Shown: positions 37,826 to 47,572 of the stretch, piece by piece
Numbering within the stretch: the stretch's first letter is position 1
How the letters are laid out: each line of letters starts with the position of its first letter
The notes under the pieces: model-generated
Told to the model about the DNA's origin: nothing
Databases searched by the model: none
The model's input: the letters and a program-made list of their open reading frames with translations, nothing else
Assembly: GCA_965117045.1 (NCBI GenBank)
Contig: OZ220749.1
Location: forward strand, 2,416,552 to 2,480,551
From: a bacterium
Lineage (GTDB): Bacteria > JAAXHH01
Direction of reading: 5' to 3'
Length of the DNA: 64,000 nucleotides
Program-made: the position numbers and the translations under genes

Positions 37826-39073
37826 TCAAATCAACTGAAGTTTTTTCAGCGACTTGCGGTACAGTTCCAACGTCTCTCCGTATTGGTCGTGACGGCCTTC
37901 GGTGACGATCTGCTTCCCTCCGACCGTGACGGTTTTCACCGCCCGCGGCGTGGCGCCGAAGAGGATCGCATCCGGTGCGAGATCCGGGTTGACGGCGGCG
38001 ATGGACGGATCTTCAGGGTCCAGGTGGACATGGTCTTCCCGCCACGACGCATCCAGGCCGCATGCCGCATAGCCCAGACGGGTAGCCGCATCCAGCAAAT
38101 CCGGTCCCTCCGCCGCGGCATGGCGTTGCTCCAGGCGGGACCGTTCGTCGAGTTCCACGGCCCGGACTTCCTCGAAAGCATTCTCGCAGGCGTGGCTGTC
38201 CACCCCGACGCAGAGCCGCGCGCCGGCCTGGAGGAGATTCGACGTGGGCGGCAGCCCGTCGCCGAGATCCCTTTCCGTGGTACGGCAAATGCACACAAAC
38301 GCGTGGTTTTCTCCCAGTGCCGAGACTTCCGCATCCTCCAGGTGCGTGGCGTGCACGGCCACGAAACGCGGGGACAGTACCCCTTCATTGGACAGTAATG
38401 CGACGGGCGTCGTCCCGTGCTCAGCCCTGCATTCCTCCAGTTCGCCGCGTTGTTCGCAGACGTGCATATGGAAAGGGAGCGCATTCTCGTCCGCGTACGC
38501 CGCCAGGGTCCGGATCCCGGATATCGGCACCGCCCGGACACTATGCGCGGCCGCGGCCACGGCAACCAGGGGATCGTCTCCGTATCGCTTTCGAAGGTCA
38601 TCGAGGTCTCGCATCACGAGCTCGATCGTCGGGTCGATGAATCGTTCCTGTGCGGAAACCGCGGCCTGCCGGTAACCGGCCCGCAGGTAGGCGGTCCGGA
38701 TCAGGCAGATCCGTATGCCGGCGTCCCGGGCCGCGCGAACCGCGGCGTCCGCCAGTTCGGTACGATGGGCATAGGGACGCCCGCCGGGACCATGGTGCAC
38801 GTAGTGGAACTCGCCGACGGCCGTGACGCCGGACATCGCCAGTTCGGTATAGGCAAACCGCGAAATCGCGTAAAGGTCGTCCGGACTGAGCCCCTCGACC
38901 AGCCGGTACATCTCGTCACGCCAGCCCCGGAAGGTGCCCGCCCGTGTCGCGCGCCGCTGGGTTCGCCCGCGGAGCGCGCGCTGGAAAGCGTGGGAATGGG
39001 CCGTGGCCAGGCCCGGAAGGACCCATCGGCCGGCTTCGAATCGAATCGCGGGCGCGTCGTTCCCTGGGTTCAT
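37826..39073 (-). CDS. hutF: formimidoylglutamate deiminase
   Basis: Amidohydrolase HxH metal motif in the HutF-specific context LPGLATAHSHAFQRALRG. Positioned between hutI and the creatininase-like gene. Its stop overlaps the hutI start. Confidence 0.7.
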   Translation of the reverse strand: MNPGNDAPAIRFEAGRWVLPGLATAHSHAFQRALRGRTQRRATRAGTFRGWRDEMYRLVEGLSPDDLYAISRFAYTELAMSGVTAVGEFHYVHHGPGGRPYAHRTELADAAVRAARDAGIRICLIRTAYLRAGYRQAAVSAQERFIDPTIELVMRDLDDLRKRYGDDPLVAVAAAAHSVRAVPISGIRTLAAYADENALPFHMHVCEQRGELEECRAEHGTTPVALLSNEGVLSPRFVAVHATHLEDAEVSALGENHAFVCICRTTERDLGDGLPPTSNLLQAGARLCVGVDSHACENAFEEVRAVELDERSRLEQRHAAAEGPDLLDAATRLGYAACGLDASWREDHVHLDPEDPSIAAVNPDLAPDAILFGATPRAVKTVTVGGKQIVTEGRHDQYGETLELYRKSLKKLQLI

Positions 39074-40410
39074 AGGTTCACTACCCGCCCCCGCTTGATC
39101 ACGGTCTGTACCGGGTTACCTCCGAAGAAATAAGGGATATGCCGGTAGTCCTGCGCCTTCAGTACGAGGAGGTCGGCCCGCTTGCCGGCTTCGATGGATC
39201 CCGCCTCTTCGCTTTGCCCGATCGCATGGGCGGCATTGAGGGTGGACGCGTTCAGCGCTTCCGCCGGAGTGAATCGCTGGTACCTGCAGGCGATGGCCAT
39301 GACTGCGGGCATGGATGGGCAGGGCGCGGAACCGGGGTTCAGGTCGGTGGCGAGGGCTACGGCTGCGCCTGAGTCCATCATCGCCCGGGCGTCGGCGTAA
39401 TCCGTCATGCCCAGGTTGAAGTTCACGGCCGGCAGCAGGACGCCGATCGTGTCCGACCGGGCCAGCGATTCGATCGCTGACGGACCCGTCACGTCGAGAT
39501 GGTCCACCGACGCGGCACCGAGTTCCAGCGCCAGGTCGACGCCGCCGAAATCATTGAACTGGTCCACGTGCATCTTCGCCTTGAAACCGGCTTCGATCCC
39601 CGCCTCCAGCACGCGGCGTGACTGGTCGAGATCGAAGGCATGGTCTTCGCAGAACACGTCGATGTACATGGGCACGCCGCGCGCCGCGAACCGGGACGAG
39701 GCGTACCAGGCCGCCGCTTCGGGCAGGATCTCGTCGATAACGCACCGTGCGTACCCTTCGGCATCCCCGTCGAATTCGGGAGGCACCGCGTGGGCGCCGA
39801 GGAACGTGGGCACGATATCGCAGGGATGGTCCTGGTCGAGCCGTTCGATGACCTGGAGCATCTTCAGTTCGTCTGAAGCGTTCAGCCCGTAGCCGGTCTT
39901 GATCTCCACGGTCGTAGCGCCCAGCGCCAGCATTTCGTCGAGCCGGGCTGTAGCGGAACGCGCGAGTTCTTCCACGGATGCCGCCCGCGTGTGCCGGACG
40001 GTACGGACGATACCCCCGCCGGCCGCCATGATTTCCAGGTACGAAGCGCCCTTGATCCGCTGCTCGAACTCCGCCGCCCGGTCTCCGCCGAAAACCGTAT
40101 GGGTATGGGCGTCCACGAAACCGGGACAGACGGACCGGCCCGTGCAGTCGATCACGCGTTCGGCCGAATAGGTTTCGTCCAGTTGTGTGGTCGGCCCGAC
40201 CGCCGCGATCCGCCCGTCATTTATCGCCACGGCGCCGCGCTCGATCACGGCGGCATCCGCCATGCCGAATCCGCGCTTCGGTGCGCCGGCCCCGCGCTTC
40301 GGTGCGCCGGCCTCCGCCATGGACGTCCCGCGCTTCGGTCGGTGCGATGCGCAGGTCACGACCTGTTCCGCGTTGTGGAGGTACAGATCTACGGTTTCCA
40401 TTTTGCTCAT
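39070..40410 (-). CDS. hutI: imidazolonepropionase
   Basis: Amidohydrolase motifs (FVDAHTHTVFGG ... HVDQF ... ATDLNPGS) characteristic of HutI. Contains an N-terminal repeat insertion. Confidence 0.85.
   Translation of the reverse strand: MSKMETVDLYLHNAEQVVTCASHRPKRGTSMAEAGAPKRGAGAPKRGFGMADAAVIERGAVAINDGRIAAVGPTTQLDETYSAERVIDCTGRSVCPGFVDAHTHTVFGGDRAAEFEQRIKGASYLEIMAAGGGIVRTVRHTRAASVEELARSATARLDEMLALGATTVEIKTGYGLNASDELKMLQVIERLDQDHPCDIVPTFLGAHAVPPEFDGDAEGYARCVIDEILPEAAAWYASSRFAARGVPMYIDVFCEDHAFDLDQSRRVLEAGIEAGFKAKMHVDQFNDFGGVDLALELGAASVDHLDVTGPSAIESLARSDTIGVLLPAVNFNLGMTDYADARAMMDSGAAVALATDLNPGSAPCPSMPAVMAIACRYQRFTPAEALNASTLNAAHAIGQSEEAGSIEAGKRADLLVLKAQDYRHIPYFFGGNPVQTVIKRGRVVNL
40271..40347. 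repeat. 21-nt tandem repeat (2 full copies + 1 diverged) inside hutI, encoding APKRGAG heptads
   Basis: ccgcgcttcggtgcgccggcc occurs twice in tandem (40271..40312). A diverged copy sits at 40328..40347. Translates to HRPKRGTSMAEAGAPKRGAGAPKRGFG. Confidence 0.7.
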
Positions 40411-40485
40411 CTCGAAACAGGAGGCGATCGTCGATCCGGAGTTTACGATCTTGCCGGGCCGCGCTCGGCCGCGGTGATATATGGA

Positions 40486-42087
40486 TCAGTCCAGCGTGGG
40501 TCCCGGGACGTTCACCTTCTCTCCGACCGCGGAGGTCACATCGCCCTGCGCGACGCGTTTTCGTATGGTTTCAAACAGTGGGGAAAGCGGGACGTCGCGG
40601 TCGAGGAAGGGGACGTGCCGGCGAATCAACCGGTATGCCAGGCCGGTACCGGCGCCCATGGCTTCCGCGGTGATCCCGGGTTCCCTGCATCTGAAATCGA
40701 TGGCCTGGGCGGCGGCGATCAGCTCGATGGCGACGATGGTCTCCACGTTCTCCACCACCTGCAGCGTGTGGTGCACCGACGCCGCGCCCATGCTCACGTG
40801 ATCTTCCGTGTTGGCGCCGCTCGGAATGGAGTCGGCGCTGGCGGGATGGGCCAGCACCTTGTTCTCCGACGCCAGGGCCGCCGCCGTGTACTGGGCAAGC
40901 ATCAGCCCACTTTCAAGTCCGCCGTGGTCCGTGAGGAACATGGGCAGAATGCCTCCGTTGGAATCGGCATCCACGAGCCGGGCCGAACGCCGCTCGCTCA
41001 TGTTGCCCATGTCCGCGAGCGCCAGTTTCATACTGTCCATGGCGACGGCGATGGGTTCGCCGTGGAAATTGCCCGCGCTGATGACTTCCGCGTCGTCGGG
41101 ATCGTCCCCGACGAAGACCAGCGGATTATCGTTCGCGGCGTTCAACTCGATGCCGACCACCCACCGGGCGTAGTCGATCGTGTCCCGGACCGTGCCGTGC
41201 ACCTGGGGGACGCAGCGCAGGGTATAGGGGTCCTGGACGTTGCCCGGATTGTCGGTACGCAACAGCCGGCTGCCGTTCAGGATGTCCCGCAGGAATCGCG
41301 CGCAGGCGATCTGCCGGGGGTGGGGCCGTATGGCGTGCACCCGCGCGTCGTAGGCGCGGTCGGTGCCGGCCAGCGCCTCCAGGGTCATGGCGGCGGCGAC
41401 GTCCGCCGTGAGGGCTAGGTGGGTCGCCCGATGGACCAGCAGGGCCCCGAGGCCGGCCATGAGCGTGGTTCCGTTCGTCAGGGCCAGCCCTTCCTTCGCG
41501 CCCAGGGTTACGGGCCGAAGCCCGGCTTCCTGCAGCGCGGACGCGCCGTCGAGCCGACGGGACCGGTACATGGCCTCGCCTTCGCCGATGAGCACCAGGG
41601 ACATGTGCGCCAGGGTCGCCAGGTCGCCGCTCGCGCCGAGGGAACCCCGTCCGGGTATGCAGGGATGCACGCCCGCGTTCAGCATGTCCACCATCAGCTG
41701 GACGACCTCGGTCCGTATGCCCGAATAGCCCATGGCGAGCGTATTGGCCCGGATGACCAGCATGGCCCGTACGGTTTCCTCGTCCAGTTCGGGACCGGTT
41801 CCGGCCGCGTGACTCCGAATCAGGTTCAACTGCAGTTCGGCGACCTGGCCGGGAGAGATCAGCTTGTCTTTGAACCGGCCGAATCCCGTGGTGATGCCGT
41901 AGGCGATCCGCCCTTCCGAGACCAGCCGGTCCACGACCTCCCGGGACCGTTCCATGGGAGGAAGGGCATCGGGGTGTATGGCGACGGTTCGACCCCGCGA
42001 GACGGCGACGACGTCGTCGATGGTGAGATCGTGACCCGTGAGGGCCAGGGGGTCCGTGCGGGAGAGTGTTTCCTGGGAAGTAGCCAT
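40486..42087 (-). CDS. hutH: histidine ammonia-lyase
   Basis: MIO-forming Ala-Ser-Gly triad in GSLGASGDLA. 533 aa. Aromatic ammonia-lyase family pattern throughout. Confidence 0.9.
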   Translation of the reverse strand: MATSQETLSRTDPLALTGHDLTIDDVVAVSRGRTVAIHPDALPPMERSREVVDRLVSEGRIAYGITTGFGRFKDKLISPGQVAELQLNLIRSHAAGTGPELDEETVRAMLVIRANTLAMGYSGIRTEVVQLMVDMLNAGVHPCIPGRGSLGASGDLATLAHMSLVLIGEGEAMYRSRRLDGASALQEAGLRPVTLGAKEGLALTNGTTLMAGLGALLVHRATHLALTADVAAAMTLEALAGTDRAYDARVHAIRPHPRQIACARFLRDILNGSRLLRTDNPGNVQDPYTLRCVPQVHGTVRDTIDYARWVVGIELNAANDNPLVFVGDDPDDAEVISAGNFHGEPIAVAMDSMKLALADMGNMSERRSARLVDADSNGGILPMFLTDHGGLESGLMLAQYTAAALASENKVLAHPASADSIPSGANTEDHVSMGAASVHHTLQVVENVETIVAIELIAAAQAIDFRCREPGITAEAMGAGTGLAYRLIRRHVPFLDRDVPLSPLFETIRKRVAQGDVTSAVGEKVNVPGPTLD

Positions 42088-42109
42088 TTTCCAGCCAGCG
42101 CTTCCGGAC

Positions 42110-43795
42110 TCAGTCCATCATGGGGATCTTGACGCCGCGGGTCTTCGCCACGGCCCGGGCCGCTTCGTAGCCGGCGTCGACGTGCCGGGCCACGCCCATC
42201 CCCGGATCGTTGGTGAGCACGCGCTCCAGGCGCCCGGCCGCTTCGGGCGTGCCGTCGGCGACGATGACCTGTCCGGCGTGCAGGCTGTATCCGATGCCCA
42301 CGCCGCCGCCGTGGTGGTAGCTCACCCAGGTGGCGCCGCTCGCCGTGTTGATCAATGCGTTCAGTACGGGCCAGTCCGCGATGGCGTCCGATCCGTCCTT
42401 CATGGCCTCGGTCTCGCGGTTCGGGCTGGCGACGGACCCGCTGTCGAGGTGGTCGCGGCCAATGACGACAGGCGCGGTGACCTCGCCCGAAGCGACCAGT
42501 TCGTTGAATTTCAGTCCCGCCCGGGCCCTTTCGCCGTATCCCAGCCAGCAGATACGGGCGGGAAGCCCCTGGAATTCCACGTGCCGTCGGGCCATCGTGA
42601 TCCAGCGGAACAGGTGATCGTCGTCCGGAAGCAGTTCCAGGATGGCCTGGTCCGTCCGGTAGATGTCCTCGGGATCTCCCGAGAGGGCGACCCAGCGGAA
42701 GGGGCCCTTGCCTTCGCAGAACAACGGACGGATGTAGGCCGGGACGAAACCGGGATAGTCGAAGGCCTCCTGCAGTCCGTTGTCATAGGCGCGCTGGCGC
42801 AGGTTGTTGCCGTAGTCGAAGACCACGGATCCCTGTTTCTGCCAGTCGAGCATGGCCTGTACGTGGACGGTCATGGAGGCGATGGAGCGTTCCTGGTAGG
42901 CGTCCGGATCGCGCTCGCGCAACCGGCGCGCTTCTTCGGGCGACAGCCCGGCGGGGATGTACCCGTAGAGCGGATCGTGGGCCGCGGTCTGGTCCGTGAC
43001 CACGTCGGGCACGATACCCCGGTCAAGCAGTTCTGGAAGGACCTCGGCGGCGTTTCCGATCAGGGCGATCGACCGAGCTTCGCCCGCGGCCAGCGCCTCG
43101 TCCACCCAGCTCAACGCGAGATCGAGGTTCTCCGCCACGGTATCCACCTGGCGAAGCTCCAGGCGCCGGCGGGCCCTCCACGGATCCACCTCCACCAGCA
43201 GTCCCACACCGCCGTTCATCGTGATGGCCAGCGCCTGGGCGCCGCCCATCTCGCCCAGGCCGGCCGTTAACACGAGCTTTCCCGACAGGCTGCCCCAACC
43301 GTGTTTCCGGGCGAGCGCGCCGAAAGTCTCGTAAGTACCCTGCAGGATGCCCTGCGTGCCGATGTAGATCCAGCTGCCGGCCGTCATCTGGCCGTACATC
43401 GTCAGGCCCTCGCGCTCCCAGGCGTCGAAGTTCTCCTGCGTCGCCCAGGCCGGCACCATGTTCGAGTTGGCGATCAGGACGCGCGGCGCGTCCTCGTGGG
43501 TACGGAACACCGCCACCGGCTTGCCCGACTGCACCATGAGGGTCTCGTCGGGTTCCAGGTTCCGCAAGGCGTTCAGGATGGCTTCGAGGGCTTTCCGGTT
43601 CCGAGCGGCCTTGCCCCTGCCGCCGTAGACGACGAGGTTGTCCGGATCGAAGGCGACCTGAGGGTCCAGGTTGTTCTGGATCATGCGGTAGGCCGCTTCG
43701 ATGAGCCAGTTTCTGCAATGCAGCTCGGTTCCCGTCGGTGCTTTCACGATCTGGTCCAATAGGCTGCTTACGCCTTCGATTCCCGGTTCTTCCAC
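42110..43795 (-). CDS. hutU: urocanate hydratase
   Basis: 561 aa. N-terminal [28 protein letters not shown] and NAD-binding GGMGGAQ-like block (GLGEMGGAQ). Confidence 0.9.
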   Translation of the reverse strand: MEEPGIEGVSSLLDQIVKAPTGTELHCRNWLIEAAYRMIQNNLDPQVAFDPDNLVVYGGRGKAARNRKALEAILNALRNLEPDETLMVQSGKPVAVFRTHEDAPRVLIANSNMVPAWATQENFDAWEREGLTMYGQMTAGSWIYIGTQGILQGTYETFGALARKHGWGSLSGKLVLTAGLGEMGGAQALAITMNGGVGLLVEVDPWRARRRLELRQVDTVAENLDLALSWVDEALAAGEARSIALIGNAAEVLPELLDRGIVPDVVTDQTAAHDPLYGYIPAGLSPEEARRLRERDPDAYQERSIASMTVHVQAMLDWQKQGSVVFDYGNNLRQRAYDNGLQEAFDYPGFVPAYIRPLFCEGKGPFRWVALSGDPEDIYRTDQAILELLPDDDHLFRWITMARRHVEFQGLPARICWLGYGERARAGLKFNELVASGEVTAPVVIGRDHLDSGSVASPNRETEAMKDGSDAIADWPVLNALINTASGATWVSYHHGGGVGIGYSLHAGQVIVADGTPEAAGRLERVLTNDPGMGVARHVDAGYEAARAVAKTRGVKIPMMD

Positions 43796-44442
43796 TTTTC
43801 GTAGGAGAAATCGGGGCTGGTGATCATGTCGAAGTGGGACCGTTCCCAGGTCCTGATTTCATTCGCCTTTCTCAGGGTGTCGGCTGCTATGTCGAGCGGG
43901 ATCTTCACCACGCCGTCCACGTCCGCGAGCAACAGGTCGCCGGTCTGCACCAGCAGCTGACCGGCCACAAGAGGACGGCCGACGGCCCGCACGTTGAAGG
44001 GGCCGTGACCGGATACCGTGCCGAGGCCCCAGATGGGCAGGCCCGCCGCCCGGATGCCCTCGAGGTCGCGGACGCAGCCTTCGACCACGGCGCCCACTAC
44101 GCCGAGCTTCCTGTGAATATGCGCCATGCCGTCACCGAAGATGGCGGCGCGCTTCGGACGGGTGTCGACGTCCTTCATCACCGCGATCATGGGACCGGGC
44201 GTCTCGTTCAGTACGTCGTAGTAGTCGGGCCAGCTCATATTGGCCGGTGTGGCGTCCAGCGGAGTAACCTCGGAAGTTACGGCGTATCCGATCACGGCGC
44301 CGAATTCAGGGGTAAGGTACTGAATCTCCGGTCCGGTGTAATCGTCGTTCGAAACGCCCTGCACTTTCTCCACGGCGTTGTAAACCGTGGCCGAGTCGAA
44401 TCCGGCCAGACCGTTCAATACGGCATCGTCTACACGGGTCAT
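43768..44442 (-). CDS. RraA family protein (RraA / 4-hydroxy-4-methyl-2-oxoglutarate aldolase-like)
   Basis: 224 aa RraA-like fold pattern (…[14 protein letters not shown]…). First gene of the hut transcription unit. Overlaps the hutU start by 28 nt. Confidence 0.65.
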   Translation of the reverse strand: MTRVDDAVLNGLAGFDSATVYNAVEKVQGVSNDDYTGPEIQYLTPEFGAVIGYAVTSEVTPLDATPANMSWPDYYDVLNETPGPMIAVMKDVDTRPKRAAIFGDGMAHIHRKLGVVGAVVEGCVRDLEGIRAAGLPIWGLGTVSGHGPFNVRAVGRPLVAGQLLVQTGDLLLADVDGVVKIPLDIAADTLRKANEIRTWERSHFDMITSPDFSYEKWKNRESKA

Positions 44443-44515
44443 CCCAGTAGCTCCTTTAAATTGAAGAAATGCGGCTATCGGACGTATAATGAATCGTCAC
44501 TGAAGGAAGGGGTTG

Positions 44516-44544
44516 TTGAACTGTTGGTCCCCACGGGCTATAAT
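44516..44544 (+). promoter_or_regulatory. near-consensus sigma-70-type promoter (TTGAAC-17 nt-TATAAT)
   Basis: -35 TTGAAC at 44516..44521, 17-nt spacer, -10 TATAAT at 44539..44544. A second TTGAAG-18-TATAAT sits at 44461..44490. Both lie about 220 to 280 nt upstream of the DUF2911 gene. Confidence 0.35.
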
Positions 44545-44761
44545 CGACCGGGAAGGGCTAAAGATCAAGGGAAATACACCACCGGTCTACCATCTCCCGA
44601 GGCCGGCCGCGGCATGCGTGTCGACTTTTCCCTGGTCCGTCTCCCAGGTATCTTCGGGTCGATGCAAACTCGTTGACAGCAACGCTGTTTCTTCTCATTT
44701 TCTGCTCGTACGGCCTACTTCAACAGCATGACAGAACGAGCACCGTTTTCAGGAGGTATTT

Positions 44762-45322
44762 ATGCTTCGCATTACCCGTTTGATCGGCGGCCTGGCCTTT
44801 TCCATGGCTTTTGCCGCCCTGGGCAGCGGGATCGCCGACGCCCAGACGACCATGCCCGCAGGCGATGAAGGCACGGACCCCGGCCGGGGCATGGTGGAAG
44901 TTGCACTGGCGGGCGGCAAGGTCTCCATCGACTATGGCCGTCCCGAGATGAAGGGCAGGGACATGCTGGCCATGGCGCCTGACGGCTTCGTCTGGCGTTT
45001 CGGCAGCAACAAATCCACCACCTTCACGACCGAGGCCGACCTCATGTTCGGCGACGCCACCCTGGCCAAGGGATCCTACAGCGCGTGGATCAAGCACGTG
45101 GAAGGCGATTCGTGGTCGCTCATCTTCAACAGCGAAGTGGGGATCTGGGGCGCGCCGGGCGCCAGCCGGGAGAACGATGTGCTGGAAGTGCCGCTGAGTT
45201 ACAGCGTGGAAAACGAGACGGTCGAACGGCTCACCGTGAGACTTATGGAAAGGGAAGGCCAGTTTTACCTGGGAGTTGGATGGGGTACCCACCGCCTGAT
45301 TGTCGAATTCTCAGCCAAGTAA
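44762..45322 (+). CDS. secreted DUF2911-like protein
   Basis: Signal peptide. Pattern IDYGRPEMKGRDM...VWRFGSNKSTTFT...GSYSAWIKHVEGDSWSLIFNSE matches my recollection of the DUF2911 family profile. SD AGGAGG upstream. Confidence 0.5.
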   Translation: MLRITRLIGGLAFSMAFAALGSGIADAQTTMPAGDEGTDPGRGMVEVALAGGKVSIDYGRPEMKGRDMLAMAPDGFVWRFGSNKSTTFTTEADLMFGDATLAKGSYSAWIKHVEGDSWSLIFNSEVGIWGAPGASRENDVLEVPLSYSVENETVERLTVRLMEREGQFYLGVGWGTHRLIVEFSAK

Positions 45323-45348
45323 GCACGCGGTAACTTCAAGATAGTCTC

Positions 45349-45392
45349 AAAGGGACGGGAGAGCTTGTTCTCCGGTCCCTTTTCCATTTTTA
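45349..45392 (+). terminator. Rho-independent terminator after the DUF2911 gene
   Basis: Stem aaagggacgggag / loop agcttgtt / ctccggtcccttt (one mismatch). Followed by TTTTCCATTTTT. Confidence 0.45.
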
Positions 45393-45413
45393 AGGGCTTA
45401 CCAATTCACGGAC

Positions 45414-46472
45414 TTACCATTTCTCCGGGTCCAGCCCGACCCGGATCCCGGCTTCCTCGATCTGCTGCCAGGTCGTGTCGTCGATGTTGATGCCTTCCCG
45501 CCGGCGCTTCGCCGCCAGGCGGAACTCCGGTTCGCCCGGCATGAGAATCTCGTCGAATCCCGGCGCCGTCCGGCTGGCCTTTACGTGCCGGATCATTCCT
45601 TCGATTTCCTCGAAGTACCATTCCAGGTCCGTAAAGAAGGAAATGTCGTAAACGGTGAAGAGTACCCCGTTGCTCGAAACGGTCTGTTCCCCCTGTGCGC
45701 AACCCTGTCCACTCAGCGTACCGCCCAGGATTTCCACGAGCATGCCCAGGCTGTACCCCTTGTGGGCGACGATGCCGCCCATGGGCAGGATCGCGCCGTT
45801 GGGCGGCGGACCTTTTATCACCGTAGGGTCGGTCGTAGGATTTCCTTCGTGGTCGATCAGCCAGCCTTCAGGAACCCGCACGCCCTTGTTCGCGGCCACA
45901 CGCACCTTGCCCTCCGCGACGACGGAGGTGGTCAGATCCACCATGACGGGATCGTCGTCCCGGCGAGGGGCCGAGAAGGCGATGGGATTGGTGCTGATGC
46001 GTCCGTCGATGCCGCCGAAGGGTGGTATCTGGCGTCCGAACCGGCCCGCGTTGACGAAGGCCAGTCCGATCAGCCCTTCCCGGGCCGCCATGAGCGGATA
46101 GGCGCCCACACGCCCCACATGACTGGTGCGCCGGAGGGAAACCGTGGCCGTGCCGTGTTCTCGCGCCTTCTTCATGGCCAGTTGCATGGCAATAGTACCG
46201 CCTACCTGGCCGAGGGCGCCGCCATTGTCCACCACCGCCGTGCACGGACTTTCCCGTAGGACCTGCACTTCGGCCTTCGCCTTGAATCGACCCTCGTCCT
46301 TGATGGCCTTGACGTATTCCGGAATTCGAATGGCGCCGTGGGAGTCGTGGCCGAAGAGATTGGAATCCACGAGATGGTCCACGACGCTGCGGGCGTCGTC
46401 CGCCGTACAGCCGGCCGCCTCCATCACTTCGCAGCCGATTCGATGCAGTTTGTCAGGGGTAATTACTGGCAT
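45414..46472 (-). CDS. Ldh family 2 oxidoreductase (malate/L-lactate/sulfolactate dehydrogenase-like)
   Basis: 352 aa. Conserved DSHG..R block (FGHDSHGAIRIPEY) and TNPIAF typical of Ldh_2. Confidence 0.75.
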   Translation of the reverse strand: MPVITPDKLHRIGCEVMEAAGCTADDARSVVDHLVDSNLFGHDSHGAIRIPEYVKAIKDEGRFKAKAEVQVLRESPCTAVVDNGGALGQVGGTIAMQLAMKKAREHGTATVSLRRTSHVGRVGAYPLMAAREGLIGLAFVNAGRFGRQIPPFGGIDGRISTNPIAFSAPRRDDDPVMVDLTTSVVAEGKVRVAANKGVRVPEGWLIDHEGNPTTDPTVIKGPPPNGAILPMGGIVAHKGYSLGMLVEILGGTLSGQGCAQGEQTVSSNGVLFTVYDISFFTDLEWYFEEIEGMIRHVKASRTAPGFDEILMPGEPEFRLAAKRRREGINIDDTTWQQIEEAGIRVGLDPEKW

Positions 46473-46490
46473 TTTCTTCCTTTCCTGGTC

Positions 46491-47540
46491 TTATCTGCTG
46501 AACTTCTCCAGTTTCCTCTTCAGTCCCGGACGGTCGAGCACTGCCCGGTTGACCACGTAGGGAGGCTCATCTCCCCGGGAGACGGCCAGGGCCGCCTTCA
46601 TGCAGTCGTGTCCGATATCGCGAAACAGCTCGTGGGTCCAACACGAAGCGTGAGGCGCCAGTATGACGTTGGGAAGGGACAGCAGGGGATCGTCGGCGTC
46701 TGGTGGTTCCCGCTCGAAAACGTCAATGGCCGCGCCTGCTATCCAGCCTTCCTGCAACGCCTGCTCCAGTGCTTTCTGGTCGACGATGGCGCCACGGGCC
46801 GTGTTGATCAGGAAGGCGTCCTCCCGCATCATGCGCAGTTCCCGCGGACCGATCAGGTACCGGGTGTGTTCGTTCAACGGGCAGTGGATGGTAACGAACG
46901 TGCTGCGCCGCAACAGGGTCTCCAGATCGACCAGGGTAACGCCCAGTTGCGCGGCCTCCTCCCCGGACACCGCGGGATCAGAGACCAGGATTTCGGACGG
47001 CTCGAAGGGCGCCAGCATGCGCACCACCTCGCGGCCGATCATGCCCATGCCGATCAGGCCGACCACGCGGCCCCGGATCTCGCATCCCATGTGATCGAAT
47101 CGGATGTCCCAGTCGTCGTTCCGTACGATGGCGTCCTTGATCGTCACCCGGTGGCAAAGACCGAGCATCAGGGCCATCGTCGCGCTCGCCACGGGTCTCC
47201 GCGTGGCCTCGGGGGTGATCGTCACCATGACGTCCGCTTCCGTCGCGGCGTCCATATCGATCATATCGTAGCCCACGCCCGTCCGGGCGATGAGCGCGAG
47301 ACGCTCGACGCCCGCGAAGGACTCCCGCGTGTAGGATTGTCCCATGGATATCACCGCGTCGAAACCGGCGAGCTGATCGGGAGTGACGGGACTCAGGTCC
47401 TCCTCCAGGAAGGCGCGGAAAACCCCGGCTTCGTCCAGCAGATCGACGCCGAAATCGTCAAACACGACCCCACCGTCGGGACCCAGCAGGTCGGCGACCA
47501 GGGCTACGCGGAATGCATCGGTCATAAACTGTCCGTTCAC
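46491..47540 (-). CDS. D-isomer-specific 2-hydroxyacid dehydrogenase family, NAD-binding
   Basis: Rossmann GLIGMGMIGREV. Catalytic-region pattern ...R...E...H (APHASCWTHE). Confidence 0.8.
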   Translation of the reverse strand: MNGQFMTDAFRVALVADLLGPDGGVVFDDFGVDLLDEAGVFRAFLEEDLSPVTPDQLAGFDAVISMGQSYTRESFAGVERLALIARTGVGYDMIDMDAATEADVMVTITPEATRRPVASATMALMLGLCHRVTIKDAIVRNDDWDIRFDHMGCEIRGRVVGLIGMGMIGREVVRMLAPFEPSEILVSDPAVSGEEAAQLGVTLVDLETLLRRSTFVTIHCPLNEHTRYLIGPRELRMMREDAFLINTARGAIVDQKALEQALQEGWIAGAAIDVFEREPPDADDPLLSLPNVILAPHASCWTHELFRDIGHDCMKAALAVSRGDEPPYVVNRAVLDRPGLKRKLEKFSR

Positions 47541-47572
47541 TCTTTAGTATCGTCAGACCAGGTTCCGGGACG

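Noticed and set aside
39991-43270. Several 400 to 475-aa plus-strand ORFs antisense to hutI/hutH/hutU
   Set aside because: hutH (ASG triad), hutI and hutU are unambiguous on the minus strand. The antisense ORFs are composition artefacts.
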